Source: Antechinus flavipes
Taxonomy: Eukaryota
DNA length: 64,000 bases
Direction: 5' to 3'
Assembly (NCBI RefSeq): GCF_016432865.1
Contig: NC_067403.1
Coordinates: 253,890,001-253,954,000, forward strand
Shown here: positions 36,797 through 58,149 of the stretch, piece by piece
Layout: each line of letters starts with the position of its first letter
Position numbering within the stretch: the stretch's first letter is position 1
The notes under the pieces: model-generated
What the model was told of the DNA's origin: nothing
Database searches by the model: none
The model's input: only the letters and a program-made list of their open reading frames with translations
Program-made: the position numbers and the translations under genes

Positions 36797-37499
36797 TCTG
36801 CCCCCCGGGGCGCTGGAGCGGCCGCCGCGTCTAAGGCTGGGGCGATGCCAGGGCCATGGCCCGCCCGCGGAGGGCACTGGGCGAGCGGGCGGGGAGCGGC
36901 CGCCCGGGGGAGCCCCCGTCGGGGTGCAGGAGGGATCTGGCCCCGGGAGGGGCAGGGGAGCAGCGCGGGGGCCCCGACTCCGCGGCGCAAACAGCCGCCG
37001 GACGCCGAGCAGCCAGGAAGCACTGGGGGGGAGGGCACTGGGGGGGCGGGCCGCCTGGTAACCCCTCCCTGCCCGGGCCCGGCTCTACTCCCACGGGGGC
37101 GGAAGGGAGGGCGGGGCAAAGGGCCCGAGACCTCCCGTGACCCGCGGGCCCCCTCCCGGCCCCCGGGCCTCCCCCCGCCCCCCCACTAGCCCCCAGTTCT
37201 CCGTGCTCGCCCCCACGCATTTCCCCCTCTATTCCCAGGGGACCAGAGAGGGGGGAGCTCCGACGCCCCAAAGGCTCCCTAGCTCAGCGCCCTCCCGCCC
37301 CCTCGGATGGACTTGGGCCAAGTGTGTGTTGGGGGTACAGAGAGGCCAGACTGGGCAGGTGGGGGGCGGGGGTGGGGGTAGAACAGGAGCAGGGGGCGTG
37401 GCCACACGACTGTCTGTCTTCTCAGTAGGGGAGGGGCAGGCAGAGCAGGGGGCGGAGCTAGGAAAATCAGTGTCGGGACTGGGGCTGGCTCGGGGAGAG

Positions 37500-37600
37500 G
37501 GCAGGGCAGAAGGTTCTTAGGGCTTAGGGGTGGGACCCCGGGGTATTGGGGTCAGGTTGGCATTAGCCCAGCGCTGAGCCGAGCCGGGCTGAGTCAGCGC
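37500..37600 (+). promoter_or_regulatory. ROM1 proximal promoter with candidate CRX and NRL/MARE sites
   Basis: GGCTTAG at 37521-37527 and GGCATTAG at ~37559-37566 (homeodomain-like). Palindrome GCTGAGTCAGC at 37588-37598 (MARE/AP-1 core). Function is inferred from ROM1 being a photoreceptor gene. Confidence 0.45.
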
Positions 37601-37662
37601 CCCCGACCCCACCTGGATCCCCTGCAGGCCCTTGGGCACTCCCCCCCGGGCAGAGATGGGAG

Positions 37663-38983
37663 ATGGCTGCCATCCTGCCCCTTCCCCTGGCTCTCCAGGC
37701 CCGCGTCCGCCTGGCCCAGGGGCTCTGGCTCCTCTCCTGGCTGCTGGCACTGGTAGGCGGGCTCACCCTCCTCTCTAGCGGCCACCTCCTGGTCCAGCTC
37801 CGGCTCCTCAGCCCTTTCTTGGACCCCGCCTGCTCGCTTCCCGCCCTCCCCAAGGCGGCTTTGGCTGCGGGGGCAGCCGCCCTGGGCCTGGGGGTCCTAG
37901 GGGCCGGAGCCACCAGAGCGGCCTTGGACGCCGCCCGCTACCCGCCCTGGCGAGGGGTGCTGGGGCCCATCCTGTTGGCCGGGACCGTGGGGGGTGGGGG
38001 CCTCCTGGCCTTGGCGGCTGGGCTGGCCCTGGCGTTGCCGCAGGGCCTGGATGCGGCTCTAGAGAAGGGTCTGGGGGCGGCCTTGGATCACTACAAGGAC
38101 ACGGAGGTGCCCGGGCACTGCAACGCCAAGCGGCAGGTGGACGAGCTGCAGCTGGGCTACCAGTGCTGTGGGCGGCACGGCCCCAGGGACTGGTTCGCCG
38201 TCCAGTGGATCAGCAGCCGCTATCTGGACCCCACTGACCAGGACGTGATGGAGTAAGTCACTGAGGCTTCTTGGGTGGGCCTGCTGCAGCCCCGCCCCCT
38301 TCCCCTCCCCGCCTCCAGCAGGATCCATCAGTGCCCTTCTCAGGGCCTCCCCCAGGAGCTGTCGGGGGTCCCCCTGCTGACAGCTCCTGTGCTTCTTTGG
38401 CAGCCAGATCCAGAGCAACGTGGAAGGCCGCTACCTAATCGACGGGGTGCCCTTCTCCTGCTGTAACCCCCACTCCCCTTGGCCCTGTCTGCAGAGGCAG
38501 CTCTCCAGCGCGCAGGCCCGGCCCCTGTCTGACCCTCGGCAGCTCGGCCTCAACCTCTGGGAACGGGGCTGCCACGGGGTGCTGCTGGGGCACCTGCGGG
38601 CGCTGGCCGGCACTCTGGGCACCCTGCTGGGCGTGACCTTCTTCCTGCAGGTAACCTGCCGCTGGGGGGCTCCGCCACTGGGGGGCGGAGGTCAGAGGCC
38701 CCGACCCTCCGCAAGCCTCTTCCCGACCTCTCCTCCTTTGCCCTCACAGGTGCTGCTGCTCCTGGGACTCCGGTACCTGCAGACGGCTCTGGAGGGCCTG
38801 GGGGGGGCCATCGATGGGGAGGGAGAGACGCAAGGCTACCTGTTCCCTGGGGGGCTCAAAGAGATGCTGAAAAGCATTTCCCAGCAGGGTCTGTGCGCCC
38901 AGAGGCCCCGGCCTGAGGAGGCCCCGGCCGAGGAGGCCCCGGATGAGGAGGCCCCGGCCGAGGAGGCCGCCGCAGAAGCCTAA
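37663..38983 (+). CDS. ROM1: Rod outer segment membrane protein 1 (peripherin/tetraspanin family), 3 exons, 356 aa
   Basis: Exons 37663-38252, 38404-38650, 38750-38983 (1071 nt). RLAQGLWLLSWLL, CCGRHG and GVPFSCCNPHSP motifs. AATAAA at 39201-39206. Confidence 0.96.
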
Positions 38984-39760
38984 CGCCCCCGAGGAGGGCA
39001 GCGCTGCAGAGGGCCACGAAGGGGCATCAGCGGTGCCCGGGGAGGAAAGGAAGGGAACTAGATTAGGGGCCACAGCCAGAAGACATGGCGGAGGACGTTA
39101 GCTAGAAGGATAGGCCCAGGATCCCGCCCCCCCCCCCCATGGGCAGCCACAAGGTGCCCGTCCCCCAGCAGATGGCAAAATTCTCCACATGCACAAAATC
39201 AATAAAGTCAGTCTCCGGATGCTGTCTTTCCTTTGTGTGGGGAAGGGGAGGGGGCCGCTTCTCGGCCTGGGTCTATCCCTGGCTCAGGAGGGGCTCTGGG
39301 GTCTGGGGGGTGAAGAGGCTCCCCCATAGGCACCACGGCGCCGAGCAAAGAGCAGGAGTCAGAGGCTTGACGTACTTTATTCTGGAGGTAGGAATGGGGG
39401 AACATGCTTACTGTGGGGAGGGACCCCGCAGCCCCCCGATCGGGCCCCTGCGATGCATGCCCATGCCCACGAGTAACTGGACAGCACCCCCCATCCAGCA
39501 GTCACGGCTGCACTTCCAGTCGGGGCCACCGGCCCGGGGCTGACCCGGCTCGACACCACTGTCCACTTGATCTCTCTGGCGAGCTCCACGTGGCAATCGG
39601 GGGGAGGAGCAGCCCTGGAAATGGTCCCGGCATCCCCTAGGCCCAGGGGGCAGACCCGGCATCTGGAGGGTCGCGACCTTGGGAGCCTGCGCGGTCCTTG
39701 GAAGGTGAGGGAACGAGGTCCTCTAGCACGGCTACGTCCCATGGACTGGGCGGCGCGGGC

Positions 39761-41882
<2,122 letters not shown>

Positions 41883-42279
41883 GGCTGGACCTGGGGGACC
41901 CTGCGGAAGCCGAGCCGGGGCTAAGGCGGGCAGAGAGGCCGGAGCTGCTCGGGCCACCGAACGAGGAGGGAGGCCATGGGCCAGCCGGGGAGGGGCTGGG
42001 TTGACAACTCCAGCAGTGGGGAGTCACCTGGGAGGGGTCAGCGTCTGGGAGACTTCAGGGCCAGGGCAAGGGGATGACAGGTTGGGGATGGAGGCTGTGG
42101 AGGCGGAGCAACAGAGAGAAGGGGCGGAGACGAGATTGTGCAGCGAGGACAGGAGGGTCCGGGATGGGGCGGGGCGGTAAAGGGGGAAATCAGAGGCGAC
42201 CCCAGCCTCACCCTCTACGGGTCCGGGATGAGAAGCTCCCGCCTCCTCCCCCTTCTCCCTTTCCTTCCGGGCCGGTTGG

Positions 42280-42420
42280 CAAAGGTTCGCTTCCGGTCAC
42301 TTATCCTAGTCCCATCCCCAACTTCCGGGGCAAATCTCTTCTTGGTCCCACCCCTCAGATTTCCCGCGCCGTTCACTTCCGGGAGCGCCGGGAGCAGTGA
42401 CGTCACGCCCAGGCCACGCA
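42280..42420 (-). promoter_or_regulatory. B3GAT3 upstream promoter element cluster
   Basis: Three CTTCCGG ETS motifs (~42290, 42322, 42376) and a CRE palindrome TGACGTCA at 42398-42405 in a CpG island. Confidence 0.55.
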
Positions 42421-43493
42421 CCTGACGCGGTGCGGAGCCACACGGGTCGAAGGCGCCTGGGAGTCACATGGGCCCAGTCCTTACATGATTTTCCGCGCAG
42501 CGCCCGAAGCCGAGAGAAGGCTAAAGGCCAGGCCAGAGGCAGGAGGAGCCGGCCAGCGCCACACCGTGGAGGCTTCCCAAAATATTTAAGCCCTGGAGGA
42601 GGGTCATCCGGTTCTCAAGGACCGGCCCCACTCTTCAGGCTCCCACTCGAGGAGAGGGGAGCTTGCTTGCCAGCAACGGAGAACGCATGGCGCGTGCGCA
42701 GGGCGCCGTTTCTGGCCCTTCCCCCGCCCCCTATTCATGGACGCGTCTTCCAAGAGTTTCGGTTCTTTTATTGTTTTTCCGTTTATCAAAACCTATCCCT
42801 GCTCGGCCGTGGGGAAGTAGAAAACGTCCACCAAGATGCCCCTTCCCCGTTCCTCAGGCCTCAGAGCCCCCAACCCTGGGCACACATGATCCATTGCCCC
42901 CTCGGCCAGCAATAAATACGCGGGGCGTGATGGGATGGGACGAGCCCCGGGCTCATGCGTGGGCACGCAACCCGGGGGGGAAGAGGCCCGCGCGGGCTGC
43001 TTTCTGCTAAGGGGAGGGGGGGGCTGCCTTCCCCAAGGGCGGGAGAGATGAATGGCCCCCACAACCTTCTTTCTCTCCACGCGGCCCCCCCACTAGGTGG
43101 GGGGTGGTCCCAGTGTATCCGTGGGATAGGAAAAGGTTGGGGGGGGAGTCTCCGCGAGACTCCTTCCCTCCGCTTTTGGAAAGGAGAGGGAGGGGAGGGG
43201 TCACAGTAGGGACTAGTGACCGTGGCTCACGGGATCCAGGGCCTGAAATCGAGGCTTGAATGGGAAGTCTCGGGAAAGAGTGGGGCTGGGGTGCCGTGGT
43301 GGGTGTGTGCGGGACTTCCCGCACCCCGAGGGGGGAAGGTATCTGGGAAGCAGAGGGGGAGGGGGGGTCCCAGCCCCTGCCCAGCCCATGGCCAGCAAAT
43401 CCTGGGGCCACCAACAGAGCTCTGAAAAGGGATGTGACCTCCGGGCGGAGGGATGGGTCACTCTGGGTCACGTGGGAGGGGCCGACCCTCGGG

Positions 43494-51919
<8,426 letters not shown>

Positions 51920-51927
<8 letters not shown>

Positions 51928-52170
51928 CTTGTGCCGGGTTCGATCCTTGACCCCGGCTCTCCCCTCCTCTCGTCGCCAGTCACGCTGGAACACGTGGCCC
52001 CGCGCGCCCTCCCATCCCGGAAGGCGATTGGCCACCCGAGAGCAGGGAGCCAGGCCGGCCTATGAGAGAAACACAGGCCCTGACGGACGTGGACCCGGAG
52101 GCGGGAAGGAGCAGCAAGCGGCCTTTGATAGGAGGGTTCCCAACTTGCTGCGCTACCATTGGCCCATTTC
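51920..52170 (-). promoter_or_regulatory. GANAB CpG-island promoter
   Basis: YY1-type AAGATGGCGGC overlapping the start codon (51920-51930), CACGTG at ~51990, CCAAT boxes at ~52027 and ~52158, GACGTGG at ~52086. Confidence 0.55.
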
Positions 52171-52367
52171 TTCTGCCCCGGCCCGCCCTCTCTTTCCCCA
52201 CCCCTGCAGGATAGCCACACAAGTCCGGCTCATTGCAAACTGGGCAACCTTTATTTAGCGGGGAAGAAAGAACCGGTGGAGGGGAGAGCACAGGCTCAGA
52301 GGCGGAGGCGGGGCGCCCAGGCTTCGGGCCAGGCCTCCCCAAGGCCCAGGCCAGGGGCAGGGGCAGC

Positions 52368-55300
52368 TCAAGGGGCCGGCCTCTGCGGGGGGGCCGAGGC
52401 GGAGGGGGGCCAGGCCTGGAAGCGGCCCGAGAAGAGGCCGAGGCGGTCAATGTTCCTGTGCAGGACGCTGTGCAGCACGGCCAGGTGGGGGCCCCCGGCG
52501 CCCCCCCCCTCCCGAGAGAAGTCCCGGGCGAAGCGGCCCTTCTCCGGCTGGAAAGCAAACTTCTGGGGCAGGGGCCCGTGCTCCCGAAGGAAGCCCCAGA
52601 CGCTGAGCAGCAGCAGCCGCACCTCGAAGGGCGCCAGCTGGCTGAACACCTCGTGCATGTTGCCTAGGGTGGGGGGCAGCAGGCTCCCCTCGGCCATGAC
52701 GGCCACCAGAGTACAGGAGGCCTCCAGCTGCCAGGGGGACTGCGAGGTGTCCAGGTGGCGGGAGGCCTCCCAGTGCCCCAGGAGGGCCGCCAGGAGCCCC
52801 CGGAGCAGCACCGAGCAGTAGCACAGGGCCGGGGGCGCCGCGGCCACCAGCTTCAGCAGCTCGAAGAGCAGCGGGTGCTCCCGGAACCGGCGACCGATGC
52901 GGAGATCCCGCTCGACCGTGGTTCTGGCGTGGTCCTCGGGGGGCCAGGTCAGCTCTGCCCCGGCGGCGTCCGGGCACACGCTCTCCACCAAGGTCACGGC
53001 CACGGCTTTGGCCGCCTCGGGGCTCAGCGCCGGGGCCGCCCAGCAGTCGCCGACCGCGTTCCCGCTCGAGACGCTACAGCAGTGCACCAGCAGGCGGAGC
53101 AGGCTCTGGGTGTTGTAGATCACTTCCTGGGCGCTCCGGGACTGGGCCGACCTGGGAGGTTTCAGGCCCCGGCCAATCACTCCGGCGTGAAACACTGACC
53201 AGACGCCCCCGGGGCCCGGCACGGCCGCCGTGTGCCGCCTGTTGGTCTCCAGCAGGTAAGCGGAGGCCGAGCTGGAGGCCGTAGCCGACGCGTTCTCGTT
53301 TCCCGCCTCCCCTTCCCCCCCGAACAGCTCGGCGTTGCCCCGATGCAAAGCTCCCTCTACCAGAAGCTGGAGGACGGCTTTGAGGCCGGCCGAGGAGGCC
53401 TGGGAGAGCCGTATGAGCAGCTGGGAAGCCGAGGAGACCCCCGGGGGCCCGTGGAGCCTCAGGGAGGCGAAGAACCGGGACACCCCAGCCCTCACCAGGC
53501 TCAGGAGCTGGGCAGGGAGCAGGGCTCCCTGAGGGAAGGGGCAGATGGCCAGCAGGGACGAAGCCGCTTCGGCGACCTCCTCTTCCGGGTGCAGCAGGAG
53601 GGGAGCCAGGTCTGGAAGTTGGGCAGAGACAGCCTCGCCAACACGGGCCCCCAGGGCGGTGGGCCCCTCCCCACCCTGCTGCTCCCACCCCACCAGCAGA
53701 GTCAGGTTGCGGAGAAGCCTGGCCGTGAAGGGGGGGAGCAGCGTCCCCGCGTGGACCCGCGCCAGACAACTGCATAAGGTCAAGGGCAGCAAGCCAGAGA
53801 GACTGACCACCAGCCCAGCAAAAAGCTGCGTGGCCAGGCTCAACTCTTCTGGCGTTCGGGCCCGGCTCAAGAGATGGCCCAAGGCTTCCGGTCCGCAGCT
53901 GGGCCGGGTGTAGACGGACAGCAGGCCCAGGAGCTGGTGCTGCCAAAGGAAGCGCTTCCGCTCCAGCCTCAAGGTCTCCCCACACAGCTCTCCAACGTGG
54001 CTCCGCAGGGCATCGAGGAAGGGCACCGGGCGGGGCGGGGGAGGAGGACCCAGTAGCCCGTCCCCGGGGGACCCTCCCCGATTGTGCACGAGCTTCTGTA
54101 AGTGCAGCAGCAGCAACTGGATGAGCCGGTCACAGGCCTCGCGGACGGCATCGGGGACGGCCAGGCCGGGGGGCGTGATGACGGAAGCCGGCATGGCCGT
54201 GTCCACCAAGAACTGGAGGAGGCGGTAAGCCCCAGCCCCGGACGCCTGGCTGACCAGGTGGACCGCGAGGCTCAGCATGTTGTCCAGCTCCTCTCGGCTA
54301 AAGACCTGCAGGTGCTGCTGAAGCTGGCTCAGGACCGACGGGGGCTTTAGGCAGTCCACCAGCTCCCCGGAGACGGTGCCCAGCAGGGCCGGCGACATGA
54401 CTGCCAGCTGCAGCAAGAAGGGCACTGTAGCCTGAAGGGAGGGGTCGCTTCCACGCACCCCAGAGCCTGCGGCCAAGCTCTCGTGGAACATCCGGAGGAG
54501 CTCGCGGCGGATGCTGTCCCCGTGGCGAGAGGCCAGATGCCCCAGGATCCCCACCACGGAAGCAATCTTGGGCACACGCTTCTCTCCGGGGACGGCAGGG
54601 ACTGAGGGGAAGGCATCTGCCGAAGGGGTCGGAGGGGGACCGCCCGCTCCTCCGCTTCCCCCTCCGGCCCCACCATGGACGCAGAAGTCCTTGAGTCCAC
54701 AAGACAGCACCCGAGAGATGATGGTGCCGGGGAAGGAGGAGCCGATGTGGGCCACGACCCAGTCGAAATGCGGCGAATGCTGGACCGACGTGTCCAAGAG
54801 GGCGTCCACGCAGGCGTCGGGACAGCTCCCGATGAGGGCCGACAGGCACTGCACGTAAATGTCCATCAGGGTGCGGGTGGCGCGGCAGCCCATCCACAGC
54901 TGCAGCAGCTCGTTCAGGGAGCCGGCGGCGTGAGGCACCCGCTGGTGCCGCCCAGAGTACTTGCTGCTGAGCTGTCCCATCAGGTCAATGGACCAGGCGC
55001 TGACCACCGGGGCCCAGGCCTTGGGATTGGCCCGGATGAACTCCGAGAGCACCTGCTGCACCTCCTGGATGACGTCCTCCAGGCCAGGGCCCCCCGAAGG
55101 GACGTGGGAAGGGAGCGGTGGGCGCAGGTGCTGTGGGCCCGGGCTGGCAACGTCATCCAGAGTGGCCAGGTGCGTGCGCACGCTCTCGTCAAAGACGCCT
55201 CTCAGGTGGTCCAGGACGGCGGCCCGGGCAGGGGGCAGGGAGCGGAGCAGCAGGAGGCCGCAGCGTGCGTGGTCCCGCGTCGAGAGCTGGTGGCCCAGGA

Positions 55301-56848
55301 CGGGGTCGACCCCGGTTAGAAAGGCCTTGATCTCCTGAGCCAGCTCCTGGGCACTGGGAAGAAGGGAGAGAAAGGGCAATCAGGCAGAACTGAGAGGCTC
55401 CCGGCGGGCACGACGCCCACAGCTGAACGGCAGCCAGGCCTCCCGCTAGAGCGTGCCCAGCAACGGCCAGCCCTCCCCGGCCTGAGGAACCCTCCCCTGC
55501 CCTCCCCTCCCGGCCGCCCTCTGCCGCTGGCGGGCTCTCGGGGCCACTTCCTTGTACCCAGCTGACTCCCCTCCCTGCTCCTGGCTCTTAAGATTACTTG
55601 GAGGGGGCGGTGGGGATCCTCCCTCCTGGCACCAAGCCACACGTGGCCTCCTCCCCCAATCATGTGCACTCCTCCTAACCCGGGACTCCCAGAACCAAAC
55701 GGGGGCTGCAGACAGAACCGCCGCAGGGCCCTCGCGGGCCGGGGGAAGCTGAGGCCCATAAACGAGAGGAGCTGAAGCCCACGGAGCCGCCCCCGTCACC
55801 AACACCAGAGTCAAGCTGAGAGCCCGACACCCCCTTGTTCCATTTTACAAATGAGGACGGGCCTGGAAAGGGAACAAAGGCCTTGGCGCAGGCCCTCAAT
55901 CCTCTGGCAGCGTCGGGGGGAGGCTCCCTCCGCAGCCCCTCTGGAGCCTGCCTCGGTTTCCTCCAAGCCTGGCACAAGATGGGGGCCGTAACCCCCGGGG
56001 GTCCTGCCTTCCTCCGCAGCCCCCGTCTCTGGACCTGTGACTCGGAGCCACTGAAACTTCTTCCAGGACACCTCCCCTCCCAGACCTGGGGAGGCCCCGG
56101 GCTGCTGCTCCTCCCCCACCCATGCTCTCAGGTGCAGCCCCTCTCCTCCCGCTGGGGGGGGGGGGGCAGGCCTCACCCAGGGGCTCCCAGCCTTGCTAAC
56201 CACGCCTGTGCCGGGCCCCGGGGACTACGAACCGCGCCCCCTCCCCCGGCGATCGCCGGGTCTCTCCCCTAGTCCGGACTCGGCTCCTCTCTGTTGGACA
56301 ACTGCCGCTTCCCCAGCGGCCTGGCCACGACACGCCCCCCACTCAAAGCCGCTCCGGGGCTCCCTAGTGCCGCTCCCCCTCCACCTCTGCCACCTTCCCC
56401 CACTACCCTTTACCCAAGGGGCAACACAGCTCCAGCGGCCGGGCCCTCGGGCCTCGGAGCCTGGGCCCAGACCATCCCGAGTTCTGCTGCACCTTCCAGG
56501 CAGGAGCATCTGCTGGGGAAAGGGTGGGAGGAGGAGTTCGGGGGAGGAGTACGGGGGAGGTGCCCCAGGGCCCAGACCTAGGCTCCACCCTCCCCTTCTT
56601 CTTCCCTCCAGGGACCTCAGTTTCGCCGGCGATAAAACGAGGAGGCCGAACAGGCCGCCCCCGGGCTTCCGCCCAGACCCTTGGCCTCAGTTTCCTCATC
56701 TGTACAATGGGGAGGGATGGACGATTTCTAAGAGCTGACCCCGGGATGGAGCGATGCCGGCGCCCACGCACCTGAGCGGGGACGCGGGCCCGTGGGCGGC
56801 GGGCGCGGGTGGGGCCGGAGGCCCGGAGGGATCACACAGAGCCGACAT
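52368..56848 (-). CDS. INTS5: Integrator complex subunit 5, 2 exons, ~1020 aa
   Basis: Exon 1 56772-56848 ([11 protein letters not shown]..). Exon 2 52368-55353 ([17 protein letters not shown].. to ..[15 protein letters not shown]..), uninterrupted ORF. AATAAA (-) at 52250-52255. Confidence 0.97.
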
Positions 56849-56899
56849 CCCGGGCCCGGAGCCGGCAGCGGCAGCGGCTGGAGGGGCGGCGGGGGCGGG

Positions 56900-57110
56900 A
56901 GCGGCGGAGCGCGGCTGGCGCATGCGCGCTGGGAGGACAGCGAGCGGCGGAACCTGCCAGGGAGAGTGGCACGCAAGAAAGTCCGGCGCCGTCTGGAACC
57001 GCTGAAAGAGCGTTCCGCGCCCATCCGGGGCCCAGCAAGGGGCGGGGAAGAGGCGGGGCCCAGGAGGGGAGGGTCCGATCCGTGAATGTCCCAGCCGGAA
57101 GTCCAACGCC
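56900..57110 (-). promoter_or_regulatory. INTS5 CpG-island promoter
   Basis: GCGCATGCGC (NRF1) at ~56918, GC boxes at ~57040-57060, CCGGAAGT at ~57095. Confidence 0.55.
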
Positions 57111-57402
57111 TTCATTGCACAGGTGGGGAAACTGAGACGCCGACCCCCTACTGCGGACGAGTTCTACCGGCGTCTCCACACTGCTAGAGCCGGCCCTAGT
57201 TCCCCAGCAGTGCAGCCCCGGGAAAGGAGGCTCCCGTTGGCATAGCGAAGTCCTGTAAAATGGGCTGATGACAAGCGCCTAGCTCCGAGGAGGAAGGGGG
57301 TGGGGCACAAGGAGAGACACCGAGGGAGAGAGAGAGGGAGTGTGCGTGTGTGTTTTAGGGGAGAGATGAATTTATTGGGGGGAGCCATGGCGCCTCCCCA
57401 AA

Positions 57403-57445
57403 CTGAAGGGAGGGGTCGCTTCCACGCACCCCAGAGCCTGCGGCC
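57403..57445 (-). repeat. Exact 43-bp dispersed copy of INTS5 CDS 54432-54474
   Basis: CTGAAGGGAGGGGTCGCTTCCACGCACCCCAGAGCCTGCGGCC is identical at both positions, in the same orientation. Confidence 0.95.
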
Positions 57446-58149
57446 CTCCAAGATCCACCCAAAGATCCTCCGCTTCTTTTAACATGTTTTGCTTTTGACA
57501 ACTTAGCAAATAGAGAACTACAACCCAATCGGCTCGATTGCTTTTCAAATGCACATGAAACAAAACTTGTTCAATCTGTAACATCAGCTTCAGGAGCAGG
57601 TACCACAAAGAGGTGAAAATATGAATCAATTCGCTGTTAAGGAGGGAAGGAGAAGGAAGAAAAGAACTGAGAACAAGGTCAAGACCGAGTCTGACATTTA
57701 GACACCAAGTCACCTGATCGATCTCTCGGTCTCAACATCTTCATCTGTAAAATGAGTGGAAAACAGCACCTATCTCAGAAGATATTAAGTGGCCTGAGGG
57801 TAGGAGCTGAAGACTGAGGCTGGTAAACCGCCCCTTTTCACTGCTTCTTTTCTTGGGACTCCAGTCTTCTGGATCAATTGTCCAGGGTGACAAATACTGG
57901 ATTAACTCCTCACTCTTTACTCTCCTGGAGCTTTTAGAAATCCAATCACTTAACAAAAGCATCTGGAAACAAGCTGAGAAAGTACCCTTTTGTTGAAGAG
58001 ATGAGGCTGATTACACACTCAGAACAAGTGAAAATAGAATGGGATGGGATAGGGAGGGTGAGATAAAAGAATGGGGATGTATTAAGAACCTACTAAGTAC
58101 TTGCCTTGTGCTAACTACTCAGCAAATTCATCTCATTTGATTTTCCTAG

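Noticed and set aside
52020-52100. ER-stress elements in the GANAB promoter
   Set aside because: ATTGGCCACCC and GGACGTGG are near-misses to ERSE-II (ATTGG-N-CCACG) and UPRE (TGACGTGG); no CCAAT-N9-CCACG found.
52159-55338. Multiple 120-220 aa ORFs antisense or alt-frame to INTS5 exon 2
   Set aside because: Expected shadows of a GC-rich CDS; no independent promoter, splice or homology evidence.
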